A DNA stretch of 64,000 nt from Bacilli bacterium (GCA_017477255.1 JAFUXB010000001.1:29872-93871); one strand, 5' to 3'; numbered from the stretch's first letter, positions 1 through 10,125 are shown. Numbers and translations: made by a program. Notes: generated from the sequence alone by a model not told the origin.

Positions 1-586
1 TCCAAACAGAAATGCTCACATCGCATTAATCCATTACACTGATGGTGAAAAACGTTACATCTTACAACCTAAAGGATTAAAAGTTGGTGATAAAGTCGTA
101 AGCGGAGACGTTTGCGATATAATTACTGGAAATGCAATGCTTCTTGAAAATATTCCAGAAGGTACATTCATCCACAACTTAGAACTCACACCAAAGAAAG
201 GTGGACAACTTTGTAGAAGTGCAGGATGTTCCGCTCAAATCTTAGGTAAAGAAGGAAAATACGTTATCGTCAGATTACAATCTGGTGAAACAAGAAAAAT
301 CTTAGGAAAATGTAAAGCTACAATCGGTGTTGTCGGCAACGAAGATTATAGCTTAGTTAATATCGGTAAAGCTGGTAAAACTAGATGGCTTGGTACTAGA
401 CCTACTGTTAGAGGTAGCGTCATGAATCCTAACGATCACCCACACGGTGGTGGTGAAGGTAAATCACCAGTCGGTAGAGATGCACCACGTACTCCATGGG
501 GCAAGAGAGCTCTTGGAGTTAAGACTCGTAAACAAAAGAAAGCTTCTTCTAAATTAATTATTAGAAGAAAGACAGATAAGAAGTAG
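1..586 (+). CDS. rplB: 50S ribosomal protein L2, C-terminal part (5' end outside window)
   Basis: Frame 2 is open from nt 2 ([30 protein letters not shown]...) and runs into the listed ORF. It carries the uL2 signature [15 protein letters not shown]. rpsS follows, as in the S10 operon. Confidence 0.97.
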   Translation, partial: PNRNAHIALIHYTDGEKRYILQPKGLKVGDKVVSGDVCDIITGNAMLLENIPEGTFIHNLELTPKKGGQLCRSAGCSAQILGKEGKYVIVRLQSGETRKILGKCKATIGVVGNEDYSLVNIGKAGKTRWLGTRPTVRGSVMNPNDHPHGGGEGKSPVGRDAPRTPWGKRALGVKTRKQKKASSKLIIRRKTDKK

Positions 587-599
587 AAAGGAGTAAATT

Positions 600-908
600 A
601 TGGCACGTAGTTTAAAGAAAGGCCCATTTGTTGATGAAAGCTTAATGAAAAAAGTTGAAGCTTTAAATGCAAGTGGCAAAAAAGAAGTCATTAAAACTTG
701 GTCAAGAAGATCAACAATCTTCCCACAATTTATCGAACATACTTTTGCTGTCTATAATGGTCACGCATTCATTACTGTATTTGTTACAGAAGATATGGTC
801 GGACATAAACTTGGAGAATTCGCTCCAACTAGAACTTATAAAGGTCACTTCGGAAATAACGCCGAAGATAAAGCAGCCGCTATGAAAGCAGCTGGCGTTA
901 AGAAATAA
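600..908 (+). CDS. rpsS: 30S ribosomal protein S19
   Basis: [12 protein letters not shown]...[21 protein letters not shown] is canonical uS19. GGAG RBS upstream. Operon position fits. Confidence 0.97.
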   Translation: MARSLKKGPFVDESLMKKVEALNASGKKEVIKTWSRRSTIFPQFIEHTFAVYNGHAFITVFVTEDMVGHKLGEFAPTRTYKGHFGNNAEDKAAAMKAAGVKK

Positions 909-923
909 TAGGAGGAAATAAAT

Positions 924-1421
924 ATGGCAAGAACTAAAAAAGTTGAAGAAACTGCAGTAGTTGAAGAAGTCAAAGCTGAAGAAACTAAAGCCAAGAAATC
1001 AACTAAAAAAGCCGCTCCTAAAAAAGAAAGCGCACAAAAAGAAACTAAAAAAGCTTCAAAGAAAGAAGAACCAAAAGTCTTAAGAACTGAAGCTAAAGCT
1101 AGCGCATTAAGCGTTAAAGTCACTCCTCGTAAAGCTAGACTCGTTATCGATTTAGTTAGAGGAAAAAATGTTGATGAAGCACTTGCAATTCTTGCACTTG
1201 CTCATCATAAAGCTGCTCCAGCTGTAGCAAAATTAATTAAATCAGCTGCTAGTAATGCAACAAATAACTTCAATATGAATAAAGAAAAATTATATGTTGC
1301 TGAAATCATGGCAAGTGACTCAATCAAAATGAAACGTTACTTACCAAGAGCTAAAGGTAGCGCAAGTGGTTTAGTTAAAAGATTCTCAAATCTCTACGTT
1401 ACAGTTAGAGAAAGAGCTTAA
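924..1421 (+). CDS. rplV: 50S ribosomal protein L22 with about 55-aa K/E/A-rich N-terminal extension
   Basis: The C-terminal 110 aa (VKVTPRKARLVIDLVRGKNVDEAL...) are canonical uL22. Operon position fits and AGGAGG RBS is present. Confidence 0.95.
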   Translation: MARTKKVEETAVVEEVKAEETKAKKSTKKAAPKKESAQKETKKASKKEEPKVLRTEAKASALSVKVTPRKARLVIDLVRGKNVDEALAILALAHHKAAPAVAKLIKSAASNATNNFNMNKEKLYVAEIMASDSIKMKRYLPRAKGSASGLVKRFSNLYVTVRERA

Positions 1422-1435
1422 GAAAGGAGTATCTC

Positions 1436-2110
1436 ATGGGACAAAAAGTTAATCCAGTAGGAATGAGAGTTGGAATCAACAAGAATTGGAATTCAAGATG
1501 GTTCGCAGATAAAGATTATGCAAAACTTTTAAATGAAGATTCAAAAATAAGAGCTCTTATTGAAAAGAAAGTTGATAGATCCGCACTCCTCTCACACATT
1601 GAAATTGAAAGAAAAAGAACTGAAGAAAAAGGTTATTTCACTAGAATTAAAATCTTCGTTGCTCGTCCAGGTGTTGTAATTGGACAAGATGCAGCAGGAA
1701 TTGAACAATTAAGAAAAGACTTAGTCAAATTAGTTGGTAGTGATAACTTAAAAGTCGATGTAGTTGAAGTTAAAAATCCATCATTAGATGCAAAAATCGT
1801 CTCACTTCAAATTGCTAAACAATTAGAAGAAAGAGCAAGCTTCAGAATCGTTCAAAAGAAAGCCTTAACTCAAGTTAGAAAAGCTGGCGCAAAAGGTGTT
1901 AAAACATCAGTCGGTGGAAGACTTGGTGGTGCTGATATTGCACGTGCTGAAGGTTATAAAGATGGAACTATGGCAATCAATACACTTAGAAGTGATATCG
2001 ATTATGCTTGCAGTGAAGCTATGACTACTTATGGTAAACTCGGAGTTAAAGTCTGGATTTGCCGTGGTGAAGTAGAAACTGAAGCTCCAGAAGAAAAGAA
2101 AGGAGAATAG
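1436..2110 (+). CDS. rpsC: 30S ribosomal protein S3
   Basis: MGQKVNPVGMRVGINKNWNSRWFA is the canonical uS3 N-terminus, with a KH domain. Operon order fits. Confidence 0.97.
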   Translation: MGQKVNPVGMRVGINKNWNSRWFADKDYAKLLNEDSKIRALIEKKVDRSALLSHIEIERKRTEEKGYFTRIKIFVARPGVVIGQDAAGIEQLRKDLVKLVGSDNLKVDVVEVKNPSLDAKIVSLQIAKQLEERASFRIVQKKALTQVRKAGAKGVKTSVGGRLGGADIARAEGYKDGTMAINTLRSDIDYACSEAMTTYGKLGVKVWICRGEVETEAPEEKKGE

Positions 2111-2112
2111 TC

Positions 2113-2526
2113 ATGTTACAACCAAATAGAGTTAAATATAGACGTCCACATATCATTAAATATGAAGGATTAAGTAAAGCTGGTAACGAAGTCTCCTTTG
2201 GAACTTGGGGTTTACAAGCTGTTACTGGAAATTATGTTACAGATAGACAAATTGAAGCTTGCCGTATTGTCTTATCAAGATATACAAAAAGACAAGGTAA
2301 AATTTGGATTAGAATCTTCCCACACTTAGCTAAAACTAAAAAACCAGCTGAAGTCCGTATGGGTAGTGGTAAAGGTAATCCAGAGTACTGGGTTGCAGTC
2401 GTTAGAAAAAATAGAGTTATGTTCGAAATTGGTGGAGTACCAGACGATATGGCAATTGAAGCCTTAAGAATGGCAGCTTATAAACTCCCACTTAAAACTA
2501 GAATAATTAAAAAGGAGGAAAAATAG
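2113..2526 (+). CDS. rplP: 50S ribosomal protein L16
   Basis: MLQPNRVKYRR...EVRMGSGKGNPEYWVAVV is canonical uL16. Confidence 0.97.
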   Translation: MLQPNRVKYRRPHIIKYEGLSKAGNEVSFGTWGLQAVTGNYVTDRQIEACRIVLSRYTKRQGKIWIRIFPHLAKTKKPAEVRMGSGKGNPEYWVAVVRKNRVMFEIGGVPDDMAIEALRMAAYKLPLKTRIIKKEEK

Positions 2527-2529
2527 TTT

Positions 2530-2727
2530 ATGAAAATTTCTGAATTACGCGAAATGTCAACAGAACAATTAAACCAAGAAGTTTACTCCTTAAAAGAAAA
2601 ATTATTCAATTTAAGAAGAAAGAAAGCTGTTGGACAAGTTGAAAATCCACTCGAAGTTAGAAACGTAAGAAAAGATATCGCACGTTGCTACACTGTATTA
2701 AAAGAAAGAGAACTTGGAATTAGATAA
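2530..2727 (+). CDS. rpmC: 50S ribosomal protein L29
   Basis: 65 aa with LREMSTEQLNQEVYSLKEKLFNLR, a uL29 pattern. Operon order fits. Confidence 0.95.
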   Translation: MKISELREMSTEQLNQEVYSLKEKLFNLRRKKAVGQVENPLEVRNVRKDIARCYTVLKERELGIR

Positions 2728-2738
2728 GGAGAAGTTTT

Positions 2739-3056
2739 ATGGAAAATAGAAGACAAATTCAAGGTGTTGTTGTAAGTAATAAAGCTGATAAAACTATCAT
2801 TATCCAAGTCGAATCTTATAGAAAACACCCAAAATATAAGAAAAGAGTTCAATTTAGAAGCAAATATGTTGCTCATGATGAATTAAATGAAGCTCAAGTT
2901 GGTGATGTCGTTACAATTGCAGAATGTAGACCAATGAGTGCAACAAAACGTTATAGACTCGTTTCAATTGATAAGAAAGCTTTAGAAACTGTTGAAGTTA
3001 AAGAAGAAGAAGCAATTGAAGAAGTCTTACACGAAGAAGCAAAGGAGGCTGAATAA
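2739..3056 (+). CDS. rpsQ: 30S ribosomal protein S17 with acidic C-terminal tail
   Basis: [22 protein letters not shown]...KYVAHDE...[17 protein letters not shown] is canonical uS17. An extra roughly 20 aa E-rich tail follows. Confidence 0.95.
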   Translation: MENRRQIQGVVVSNKADKTIIIQVESYRKHPKYKKRVQFRSKYVAHDELNEAQVGDVVTIAECRPMSATKRYRLVSIDKKALETVEVKEEEAIEEVLHEEAKEAE

Positions 3057-3058
3057 TT

Positions 3059-3433
3059 ATGATTCAAACAGAAACAAATTTAAAAGTTGCTGATAACTCC
3101 GGTGCAAAAATCGTTAGAGTATTCAAAATTTATGGTGGAAGCCATAGAAAATCATGTTCAGTTGGTGATGTCGTCCTTTGCGCAGTAAAAGACGCTATTC
3201 CAAATGGAAAAGTTAAAAAGAGTGATGTTGTTAAAGCAGTAATCGTTAGAACTAGCGCTCCAATTAGAAGAAGAGATGGTTCAACAATCAGATTTGATGA
3301 CAACGCTTGTGTAATTATTAATGAAGATAAAACACCTGTTGGCTCACGTGTATTTGGCCCTGTCGCTAGAGAATTACGTGAAAAAGGAGAAGCTTATATG
3401 AAGATTCTCTCCTTAGCCCCAGAAGTTTTATAG
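3059..3433 (+). CDS. rplN: 50S ribosomal protein L14
   Basis: [17 protein letters not shown]...[11 protein letters not shown] is canonical uL14. Confidence 0.97.
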   Translation: MIQTETNLKVADNSGAKIVRVFKIYGGSHRKSCSVGDVVLCAVKDAIPNGKVKKSDVVKAVIVRTSAPIRRRDGSTIRFDDNACVIINEDKTPVGSRVFGPVARELREKGEAYMKILSLAPEVL

Positions 3434-3446
3434 GAGGTAAGAGGAT

Positions 3447-3761
3447 ATGAAACTTAAAAAAGGCGATAAAGTCATTGTCATCGCAGGCAAAGACAAAAAG
3501 AAAGTTGGTGTCATCCAAAGAGCTTACCCAAGACTCAATAAAGTAGTTGTTGAAGGTGTCAACGTTCGCAAAAAACACCAAAAACCAACTCAACAAAATC
3601 CTGAAGGATCAATTGTTGAAATCTATGCACCAATCGATGCTTCAAACGTTATGTTATATGATGCTAAAGCTAAAAAAGGTGTCAGAGTTGGATATAAATT
3701 AGAAGAAAAAGGTAAAGTTAGAATCAATAAAAGAACTAACGAACCAATCATTAATAAATAG
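3447..3761 (+). CDS. rplX: 50S ribosomal protein L24
   Basis: [26 protein letters not shown] is the KOW motif of uL24. Operon order fits. Confidence 0.95.
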   Translation: MKLKKGDKVIVIAGKDKKKVGVIQRAYPRLNKVVVEGVNVRKKHQKPTQQNPEGSIVEIYAPIDASNVMLYDAKAKKGVRVGYKLEEKGKVRINKRTNEPIINK

Positions 3762-3772
3762 GAGTTAAGATT

Positions 3773-4387
3773 ATGGCAGAAGTTAAAAAAGAAACAGTTG
3801 TAAAAGAAGCTCCTAAAAAAGAAGGTGCTCACAAAGTAAGAGTCGAAACTACAAGATTACTTGAAAAGTTCGAAAAAGAAATTACACCTGAATTAATGAA
3901 AAAATATAACTATAAAAATGTTATGCAAGTTCCACATCTTGATAAAATCGTTATCAACATCGGTGTTGGTGATGCAACTCAAGATAGTAAGAAACTTGAT
4001 GAAGCAGTTAGCGAATTAGCATTAATTAGTGGTCAAAAACCAATTATTACTAAAGCTAAAAACAGTATTGCTACTTTCAAATTAAGAGAAGGTCAAGCAA
4101 TTGGTTGTAAAGTAACTTTAAGAGGAATAAGAATGTACGAATTCTTCGATAAGTTAGTTTCAATCTCACTTCCACGTGTTAGAGATTTCCGTGGTGTTAG
4201 TAAAAACGCATTCGATGGAAGAGGAAATTATACTTTAGGTATTAAAGAACAATTAATTTTCCCAGAAATCGACTACGATAAAGTTGCAAAGGTTAGAGGC
4301 ATGGACATCGTTGTAGTTACTACTGCAAATACTGATGAAGAAGCTTATTCATTACTTGAAGCTCTCGGAATGCCTTTCACTAAATAG
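3773..4387 (+). CDS. rplE: 50S ribosomal protein L5 with about 25-aa N-terminal extension
   Basis: [20 protein letters not shown]...FRGVS...[20 protein letters not shown] is canonical uL5. Confidence 0.96.
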   Translation: MAEVKKETVVKEAPKKEGAHKVRVETTRLLEKFEKEITPELMKKYNYKNVMQVPHLDKIVINIGVGDATQDSKKLDEAVSELALISGQKPIITKAKNSIATFKLREGQAIGCKVTLRGIRMYEFFDKLVSISLPRVRDFRGVSKNAFDGRGNYTLGIKEQLIFPEIDYDKVAKVRGMDIVVVTTANTDEEAYSLLEALGMPFTK

Positions 4388-4398
4388 GAGAATAGACT

Positions 4399-4584
4399 AT
4401 GGCAAAAACAAGTTTAAAGGTCAGACAATCAAGACCACAAAAATTTAAAGTCAGAGAATATACACGTTGCCAAAGATGTGGTAGACCTCATTCAGTCTAT
4501 TCAAAATTTGGTCTTTGTAGAATTTGTCTTAGAGAACTCGCTTATAAAGGCGAAATCCCAGGACTTAAAAAATCTTCATGGTAA
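4399..4584 (+). CDS. rpsZ: 30S ribosomal protein S14, type Z (zinc-binding, 61 aa)
   Basis: 61 aa with CQRCGRPHS...CRICLRE (CxxC..CxxC) and a KKSSW end, typical of short uS14. Confidence 0.96.
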   Translation: MAKTSLKVRQSRPQKFKVREYTRCQRCGRPHSVYSKFGLCRICLRELAYKGEIPGLKKSSW

Positions 4585-4602
4585 TAAAGGAGGGTAAAGA
4601 AT

Positions 4603-5001
4603 ATGCATCAAGATCCAATTGCAGATATGTTAACAAGAATTAGAAACGCAAATGCTCTATTTCATGAAACAGTTTCAATGCCTTCTAGTAAAATGAAGGT
4701 TGCAATCGCTAAAATCTTACTCGAAGAAGGCTTTGTTAAAGATTTAAAAGAAGAAGTTAGCGAAGATGGCAAAAAGACATTAACTATTGTCTTAAAATAT
4801 GCCGAAAATAAACAAAGAGTTATTACTGGTTTAAAAAGAATTTCAAAACCAGGTTTAAGAGTCACTTGTGATTCAAAGCACATCCCAAGCGTTTTAAGAG
4901 GCATGGGTATTGCTATTATTTCAACTAGTAAAGGCTTACTTACTGACAAAGGTTGTAGACAACTCAATGTTGGTGGTGAAGTTGTTTGCTATGTTTGGTA
5001 G
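4603..5001 (+). CDS. rpsH: 30S ribosomal protein S8
   Basis: [13 protein letters not shown]...[23 protein letters not shown] is canonical uS8. Confidence 0.97.
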   Translation: MHQDPIADMLTRIRNANALFHETVSMPSSKMKVAIAKILLEEGFVKDLKEEVSEDGKKTLTIVLKYAENKQRVITGLKRISKPGLRVTCDSKHIPSVLRGMGIAIISTSKGLLTDKGCRQLNVGGEVVCYVW

Positions 5002-5011
5002 GAGGTAATTT

Positions 5012-5554
5012 ATGTCACGTATTGGTAATAAAATTATTCCTATCACTGAAGGCGTTACAGTTACAGTTAATGCTAGTAACGTCGAAGTTAAGGGTAAAAA
5101 CGGAACTAGCGTAGTTAGTTATAACCCAAGTTTAATTAAAGTCGAAGTTGCAGATGGTCACGTTAAAGTTAGCCGTCTTAATGAAGAAAAACACACAAAA
5201 CAATTACATGGTACAACTAGAGCCTTACTTCATAACGCAATTGTTGGAAGTAATGAAGGCTTTACAAAAGAACTTGAAATTGTTGGTATTGGTTATAGAG
5301 CAGAAATGAAAGGTGAAAATCTTGTCCTTTATGTAGGTCATGCTAATTCACACACAATCGTTCCTCTTCCAGGTGTTAAAATTTCTTGTAAAGATGCTAA
5401 CCACATTACAGTTACTGGAAATGATAAACAAGCTGTCGGACAAACTGCTGCTTTAATTAGAAATACTCGTAGACCAGAACCTTATAAAGGTAAAGGTATT
5501 AAATATAAAGGTGAAGTTATCTTACGTAAAGAAGGTAAGAGAGCTGGTAAATAA
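5012..5554 (+). CDS. rplF: 50S ribosomal protein L6
   Basis: MSRIGNKIIPI..GVTV... and RRPEPYKGKGIKY are canonical uL6. Confidence 0.97.
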   Translation: MSRIGNKIIPITEGVTVTVNASNVEVKGKNGTSVVSYNPSLIKVEVADGHVKVSRLNEEKHTKQLHGTTRALLHNAIVGSNEGFTKELEIVGIGYRAEMKGENLVLYVGHANSHTIVPLPGVKISCKDANHITVTGNDKQAVGQTAALIRNTRRPEPYKGKGIKYKGEVILRKEGKRAGK

Positions 5555-5565
5555 GGAGTTAAGGT

Positions 5566-5922
5566 ATGATTAGAAAAGTAGATAAAAACGCTATTAGAGT
5601 AAGAAAACATGCTCGTGTTCGTGCAAAAATTAGCGGAACTGCAGAAACTCCTCGTTTATGTGTATATCGTTCAAACAAGAACATTGAAGTTCAAGTTATT
5701 GATGATGTTAAGGGTGTTACACTTTGCTCATCATCAAGTGAACAACTCCACCTTGAAAGAGGAAATAACATTGAAGCTGCTAAAACTGTAGGAGCAGATG
5801 TTGCTAAAAAATGTCTCGAATTAAAAATCACTAAAGTTGTTTATGATCGTGGTGGTTATGTATATCATGGTCGTGTAAAAGCATTAGCTGATGCCGCTCG
5901 TGAAGCAGGATTAGAATTCTAA
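5566..5922 (+). CDS. rplR: 50S ribosomal protein L18
   Basis: [35 protein letters not shown]...[26 protein letters not shown] is canonical uL18. Confidence 0.97.
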   Translation: MIRKVDKNAIRVRKHARVRAKISGTAETPRLCVYRSNKNIEVQVIDDVKGVTLCSSSSEQLHLERGNNIEAAKTVGADVAKKCLELKITKVVYDRGGYVYHGRVKALADAAREAGLEF

Positions 5923-5932
5923 GGAGAAGATT

Positions 5933-6544
5933 ATGGAAGAATTAGAAGTAAAAGTTGAACAACAAGAAACTAAAACTGAAGCCCCAGCTTCTCAAGAAAA
6001 ACCTGTAAGACAAGCTCGTGAAAGAGGCAAAAAACCATTCAGAAAAGAAAGAAGACTCGAAGTCAAAGAATACGAAGAAAGAGTCGTTGCCATCAATAGA
6101 GTTTCAAAAACTGTTAAAGGTGGTAGAAGAATGAAATTTAGCGCCTTAGTCGTTATTGGTAATGGCAAAGGTAAATATGGCTTTGGAACTGGAAAATCAG
6201 GTGAAGTCCCAGAAGCAATTAAAAAGAGCGTTGATAAAGCAAAAAGAAATACATATATCTTACATATGTCCGGTGCTGGATCAGTCGCTCACGAAGTAGT
6301 CGGTAAATTTGGTGCTACTAGAGTATTCTTAAAACCAGCTCCAGAAGGTACTGGAATTATCGCTGGTGGTCCAGTTAGAGCTATCTTAGAACTTGCTGGT
6401 GTTAGAAATGTTTATAGTAAAGTTTATGGAAGTAGAACTCCAATCAACATTATTAGAGCAACTCATGACGCACTTTGCCAACTTAAAAACTACAAAGCTG
6501 TTAAAGCTTTAAGAAGTAAGGAGGAAACTGCTGATGTTAAATAA
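5933..6544 (+). CDS. rpsE: 30S ribosomal protein S5 with about 35-aa acidic/basic N-terminal extension
   Basis: [51 protein letters not shown] is canonical uS5. Confidence 0.96.
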   Translation: MEELEVKVEQQETKTEAPASQEKPVRQARERGKKPFRKERRLEVKEYEERVVAINRVSKTVKGGRRMKFSALVVIGNGKGKYGFGTGKSGEVPEAIKKSVDKAKRNTYILHMSGAGSVAHEVVGKFGATRVFLKPAPEGTGIIAGGPVRAILELAGVRNVYSKVYGSRTPINIIRATHDALCQLKNYKAVKALRSKEETADVK

Positions 6545-6974
6545 TTTAAAACCTACTGAAGGAAGTAGAAAAAATAAGATTAGACGCTGCAGAGGACTCG
6601 GAAGTGGCCTTGGAAAGAACGGCGGAAGCGGTTCTAAAGGTCAAAACTCAAGAAGCGGTGGCGGTGTTAGACTTGGATTTGAAGGTGGACAACTTCCATT
6701 ATTCAGAGCCTTACCAAAAAGAGGATTTAAAAACTTTGGTAGAGTCGAATATGCTGTCATTAATGTTGAAGATTTAAATAGATTCAACGATGGTGATGAA
6801 GTAACTTTAACTAATTTAGTTGAATGTGGCTTAATCAAAAAAGAATTAGATGGTTTAAAAGTCTTAGGAAATGGAACACTTACTAAGAAAATTACCATCA
6901 CTGCTAATAAATTTAGTAAAACTGCTTTAGAAGCTATCGAAAAAGCAGGTGCTAAAGCTGTCGTAATTGAATAA
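6534..6974 (+). CDS. rplO: 50S ribosomal protein L15
   Basis: [48 protein letters not shown] is canonical uL15. It overlaps rpsE by 11 nt, with no rpmD between them. Confidence 0.96.
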   Translation: MLNNLKPTEGSRKNKIRRCRGLGSGLGKNGGSGSKGQNSRSGGGVRLGFEGGQLPLFRALPKRGFKNFGRVEYAVINVEDLNRFNDGDEVTLTNLVECGLIKKELDGLKVLGNGTLTKKITITANKFSKTALEAIEKAGAKAVVIE

Positions 6975-6995
6975 AATATTAATTAAGAGAGTTTT

Positions 6996-8330
6996 ATGAA
7001 AAAGTTGTTACAAGTTTTTAAAAATAAAGAAGTAGTAAGTCGTATATTCTTTACGATCATGATTATCTTTGTTTTTAGAATCGGTGCAGCTATCACAGCT
7101 CCAGGTATTACTATCAATGAAGATGTATTAAATGATACAAATAATGCATTCGCGCTTATGAATCTTCTTGGTGGTGGTGCTCTTCAAAACTTCTCTGTTT
7201 TTGCTCTTGGTGTTTCACCATATATCACTGCACAAATTATTATTCAATTACTAAGTATGGATGTTCTTCCTGCTTTAAGCGAATTAAATAAGCAAGGACA
7301 ATATGGTAGAAAGAAAATGGAGATGGCAACGCGTTATTTAACGCTTATGTTAGCTGCCGTTCAAGCATATGGAATTATCCAAACTGCTAAAAATACTAAT
7401 TGGATCACATTCAACTTTGAAGACAGTTTCATAAACTATGCATACGTTGTTACTATTATGGTATCAGGAAGTATGTTAGTTATGTGGCTAGGTGACCAAA
7501 TCACTTCAAAAGGTATTGGTAATGGTATTTCAGTAATTATCTTTGCTGGTATCGTTGCTGGCCTTCCAAATCAAATTTATACAGCTTTCAACAAATGGGT
7601 TATTACAAACTGGAATTCAAGCAGTGCCCTTGCAATGCAAGGAGTTCTCCAATTTGTACTCTATATAGCTAGCTTTATTGCAATTATTGCATTTGTTACT
7701 TATATTGAGCTTGCAAAACGTAAAATACCAGTTCAACATTCAACTCGTAGTGGTGGAAGCGAAAAGATGAGTAAAGCTAGCTTCTTACCTATTAAAATTA
7801 ATAGTGCAGGAGTTATCCCTGTTATCTTTGCTAGCTCACTCTTAATGACTCCAAGTGTTATTGCATCATTTATTTCAAGTGATGCACTTAATGCTGAATG
7901 GTTAAAAATATTCCAATATAACCAACTTGTTAAAACTGGAAGTATTTATATGCCATGGGGTTTAATTATTTATTTAGTTTTAATACTCGCATTTACATAT
8001 TTCTATGCTAATTTACAAATTAATCCAGAAAAAATGGCTGAAGATTTCCAAAAGAATGGAAGCTATATTCCTGGAATTAGACCTGGTGTAGAAACTGCAC
8101 AATACGTTAAAAAAGTATTAAATAGAGTTACTTTCATCGGCGCAATGGCACTTTTATTCATTGCAGCATTACCTGTCGTATTAACTCTCACTGTATTTAA
8201 AAACGATCAATCACTTGCTTTAGGTGGTACTGGACTTATTATCGTCGTAGGTGTTGCCTTAGAGCTTAAAAATCAAATCAGTGGTCTTGTTGCTGGTAAG
8301 AGCTACGATGAAGTTATTGGAGGAATGTAA
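6996..8330 (+). CDS. secY: Preprotein translocase subunit SecY
   Basis: 444 aa, about 10 TM segments. Contains RIFFTIMIIFVFRIG..I..PGI and the GISVIIFAGI motif. It sits after rplO. Confidence 0.96.
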   Translation: MKKLLQVFKNKEVVSRIFFTIMIIFVFRIGAAITAPGITINEDVLNDTNNAFALMNLLGGGALQNFSVFALGVSPYITAQIIIQLLSMDVLPALSELNKQGQYGRKKMEMATRYLTLMLAAVQAYGIIQTAKNTNWITFNFEDSFINYAYVVTIMVSGSMLVMWLGDQITSKGIGNGISVIIFAGIVAGLPNQIYTAFNKWVITNWNSSSALAMQGVLQFVLYIASFIAIIAFVTYIELAKRKIPVQHSTRSGGSEKMSKASFLPIKINSAGVIPVIFASSLLMTPSVIASFISSDALNAEWLKIFQYNQLVKTGSIYMPWGLIIYLVLILAFTYFYANLQINPEKMAEDFQKNGSYIPGIRPGVETAQYVKKVLNRVTFIGAMALLFIAALPVVLTLTVFKNDQSLALGGTGLIIVVGVALELKNQISGLVAGKSYDEVIGGM

Positions 8331-8332
8331 TT

Positions 8333-8977
8333 ATGATTTCAATAATTTTACTTGGTGCACCTGGTGCTGGAAAAGGAACAAATGCCAAAAGAATTTGTGC
8401 ACATTATAATATCCCACATATTTCTACAGGAGATATGTTTAGAGAAGCTATTAAAAATAAAACTCCACTTGGAGAACTTGCAAGTAGCTATATCTCAAAA
8501 GGATTACTTGTTCCTGATGAAGTAACAATTGGCTTAGTTAAAGAAAGATTATCTAAAGAAGATTGCTTAAAAGGATATTTACTCGATGGATTCCCAAGAA
8601 CTATTCCTCAAGCCGAAGCTTTAACTGAGATAGGTAAAGAATTATCAAGAGAAGTAAATTACGTTATAAATATCGACGTTCCAGAAGAAATCTTAGTTGA
8701 TAGAATTTGTGGACGTAGAGTTTGTAAAAGTTGTGGAGCTCCTTACCACGTTAAAAATATGCCTCCAAAAGTTGAAGGCAAATGTGATTTATGTGGAGGA
8801 GAACTCGTTCAAAGAAAAGATGATAATGAAGAAACTTTAAAAGCTAGACTTTCTGAATATCATCATAATACTGAACCACTTGTTAACTATTATAAAGGAT
8901 TAAATAAACTTTACACAGTTAATGGGGTTAAACCTCTTGATGAATTAATGTCCGATTTAAACGCAATTATTGGTTAA
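8333..8977 (+). CDS. adk: Adenylate kinase (zinc-lid type)
   Basis: P-loop LLGAPGAGKGT, DGFPRT motif, and lid CGRRVCKSCG...CDLCGG. Confidence 0.96.
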   Translation: MISIILLGAPGAGKGTNAKRICAHYNIPHISTGDMFREAIKNKTPLGELASSYISKGLLVPDEVTIGLVKERLSKEDCLKGYLLDGFPRTIPQAEALTEIGKELSREVNYVINIDVPEEILVDRICGRRVCKSCGAPYHVKNMPPKVEGKCDLCGGELVQRKDDNEETLKARLSEYHHNTEPLVNYYKGLNKLYTVNGVKPLDELMSDLNAIIG

Positions 8978-8984
8978 TTTAATT

Positions 8985-9746
8985 ATGAGTATCATTATTA
9001 AATCAGATAGAGAAATTGCTTTAATTAGAGAAGCTGGGAAGATTGCTATAGATTTATTTAAAGTCTTAAAAGAGCATACTCTTCCTGGCATCTCAACAGG
9101 AGAACTCGATCGCATCGCTGAAAAATTTATTAAAAGCAGAGGTGCAATCCCATCATGTAAAGGATATGGTGGTTTTCCTGGAAATATCTGTATTAGTGTA
9201 AATGACACCTTAGTACATGGTATTCCTTCTAATAAAATTATTTTAAAAGAAGGAGATATTGTAACTTATGATGTCCTTGTTACACTTAATGGATATACTG
9301 CTGATGCAGCTCGTACATTCCCAGTAGGCAAAGTAAGTGATGAAGCCTTAAAACTTATTCAAGTTACTGAAGAATCATTCTTTAAAGGAGTTGAAGAGGT
9401 TAAGCCTGGGAACCATATTGGCGATATTGGCGCAGCAATTAGTGAATATGTAAGACCATTTGGTTATACATTAACAGAAGAATTCACTGGTCATGGAGTT
9501 GGTCGCGAAGTTCATGAAGATCCTTATGTTCCAAATGTTGGAAAAAGAGGAGTCGGTCCAATGCTTAAAAAAGGAATGACAATTGCTATTGAACCAATGG
9601 TAAATTTAGGCTCAGTTGAACTTAAAATCTTACCAGATGGATGGACAACTAAAACCAAAGATGGAAAAATATGTAGCCACTACGAGAATACGGTCGTAGT
9701 CACAGATCTTGGCTATGAAATACTAACTTTAGAAAATAAGGAGTAA
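8985..9746 (+). CDS. map: Type I methionine aminopeptidase
   Basis: Pita-bread fold motifs (GYGGFPGNICISVND, HGVGREVHE, IEPM). The ORF-track start at 8970 is TTG, and the first ATG is at 8985. Confidence 0.93.
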   Translation: MSIIIKSDREIALIREAGKIAIDLFKVLKEHTLPGISTGELDRIAEKFIKSRGAIPSCKGYGGFPGNICISVNDTLVHGIPSNKIILKEGDIVTYDVLVTLNGYTADAARTFPVGKVSDEALKLIQVTEESFFKGVEEVKPGNHIGDIGAAISEYVRPFGYTLTEEFTGHGVGREVHEDPYVPNVGKRGVGPMLKKGMTIAIEPMVNLGSVELKILPDGWTTKTKDGKICSHYENTVVVTDLGYEILTLENKE

Positions 9747-9755
9747 GTTTAATTA

Positions 9756-9974
9756 ATGGCAAAACAAGATGTAATAACCGTCGAAGCGATAGTAACTGAA
9801 GCTTTACCAAATTGTAATTTTAAGGTAAAGCTTGAAAACGATGTAGTAATACATGCCACTGTTTCAGGTAAAATCCGAATGCATTACATTCGCATCTTAC
9901 CTGGTGATAAAGTTACTGTTGAGCTATCGCCTTATGATTTAAACAATGGCAGAATAGTCTTTAGACATAAGTAA
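9756..9974 (+). CDS. infA: Translation initiation factor IF-1
   Basis: 72 aa S1-like OB fold with [25 protein letters not shown]...[25 protein letters not shown]. Canonical. Confidence 0.97.
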   Translation: MAKQDVITVEAIVTEALPNCNFKVKLENDVVIHATVSGKIRMHYIRILPGDKVTVELSPYDLNNGRIVFRHK

Positions 9975-9991
9975 TTTTAGGAGGAAATATT

Positions 9992-10105
9992 ATGAAAGTA
10001 AGACCTTCAGTAAAACCTATTTGTGACAAATGCAAAGTTATCAGAAGACATGGAAAAGTTATGGTCATCTGCTCTAACCCAAAGCATAAACAAAGACAAG
10101 GTTAA
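9992..10105 (+). CDS. rpmJ: 50S ribosomal protein L36 (37 aa, not in the ORF track)
   Basis: Hand translation gives [43 protein letters not shown] lies 8 nt upstream. Canonical position between infA and rpsM. Confidence 0.95.
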   Translation: MKVRPSVKPICDKCKVIRRHGKVMVICSNPKHKQRQG

Positions 10106-10125
10106 TTTTAGGAGGAAAAATTTAA

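Noticed and set aside
936-962. AAAAAAGTTGAAGAAACTGCAGTAG in rplV, resembling the motif (GTTGA...CTGCAG).
   Set aside because: Spacing between the blocks differs by 2 nt. There is no GGG or T-tract after CTGCAG. The similarity is driven by K/E codons of the L22 extension.
845-1123. Antisense or alternate-frame ORFs inside ribosomal-protein and other well-supported genes. Examples: 667-885, 845-1123, 2688-2876, 3366-3596, 3623-3832, 4662-4967, 5609-5791, 6641-6901, 8957-9208, 10363-10666, 15659-15928, 17208-17468, 18635-18817, 22031-22288, 25326-25953, 26026-26220, 27468-27662, 31565-32639, 34654-34974, 35869-36129, 37879-38070, 38469-38720, 40126-40410, 43807-44043, 44937-45140, 45886-46158, 52408-52614, 53436-53639, 59444-59644.
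   Set aside because: Each lies wholly within a longer ORF with clear family signatures on the other strand or frame. They have low-complexity, AT-codon-driven composition (L/F/I/K/S-rich), no RBS, and no recognisable motif.
7628-7642. Palindrome CCTTGCA-A-TGCAAGG inside secY, containing the TGCAAGG core variant in both orientations.
   Set aside because: Only 7 nt per arm, no T-tract or distal block, and it encodes ALAMQG in a TM/loop region. It is plausibly chance. Noted only as a weak candidate for the motif family.
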